From the NCBI RefSeq assembly GCF_006345805.1, contig NC_043018.1, positions 8,556,001 to 8,620,000 of the forward strand: 64,000 bases of DNA. Direction: 5' to 3'. How positions within the stretch are numbered: the stretch's first letter is position 1; every line of letters starts with the position of its first letter. Below are positions 63,455-64,000 of the stretch, in pieces. The notes beneath the pieces were generated by a model that was not told where the DNA came from, did not search any database, and saw nothing but the letters and a program-made list of their open reading frames with translations. This stretch comes from Octopus sinensis (taxonomy: Eukaryota). Position numbers and translations under genes: made by a program.

Positions 63455-64000
63455 CTAGAAATAAAGCAGAAAAAAAAAATGTACTCAAGTTAAATATATA
63501 TGTGTTTGTGTGTTCACACACAAAATAAGAAATATGGAACCAAGTCAAACTGTTATTAAATAACATATAGGGCTGGCCAAAAGTCACCCGACACTGAATC
63601 AAAATTCCATAAATACTCTCTGTAATTCTGTATTGACTCGAATGGAAAAAAGGTGTCGCTTAAGAAGGACTTCAGTTTGAACAATTTTCATGACGTTTCA
63701 TATTTACTAAATATCATATAAGATCAAATGTAGATTTATTGAGGTGCTTTTTGTGTGGCACCAGCACCATTGCTTTTTACATGATACCTAGGGTCAAAAA
63801 ATCATCCTGGGTTTTATCTGTGAAGTTGGGCCAATATTACATGCTTTAATGCACTAAAAACATTTGTCCCCAAATATTTGCTGCCAAAATTGGGTTGCAT
63901 CTAATATGCTCTTGCGTCTTCTAAGCCATCAGATATATTAAGTCTTTTATACTTGCATAACTTTTCTAATGAAAAGTACTTAATTGTAAAAAAATAAAGA

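Overview
Eukaryotic, AT-rich, repeat-dense genomic DNA. The SINE families and microsatellite load point to an octopod cephalopod (Octopus-like), which is an inference. The window is dominated by a direct tandem duplication (unit 1 ~6.6-27.8 kb, unit 2 ~28.1-57.7 kb). Each unit carries an 8-exon alpha-L-fucosidase (GH29, FUCA1/2-like) gene on the + strand. Copy 2 (33720-53262) has an open 477-aa frame. Copy 1 (11746-23495) has two small deletions in exon 4, which may be real or assembly errors. The last two exons of RPF2 lie on the - strand at the right end. The rest is nested mobile DNA: tRNA-derived and (GAT)n-tailed SINEs, Tc1/mariner, hAT, Merlin-like and piggyBac-like MITEs, Helitron-like pieces, Dong/R4 and CR1 LINE ends, and Penelope-like (GIY-YIG) fragments. 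The most unusual layer is a set of long hairpin inserts in (TA)n tracts carrying hammerhead-ribozyme motifs, several in the sense strand of the fucosidase introns and differing between the paralogs. All calls are from manual reading; no database search or folding was run.
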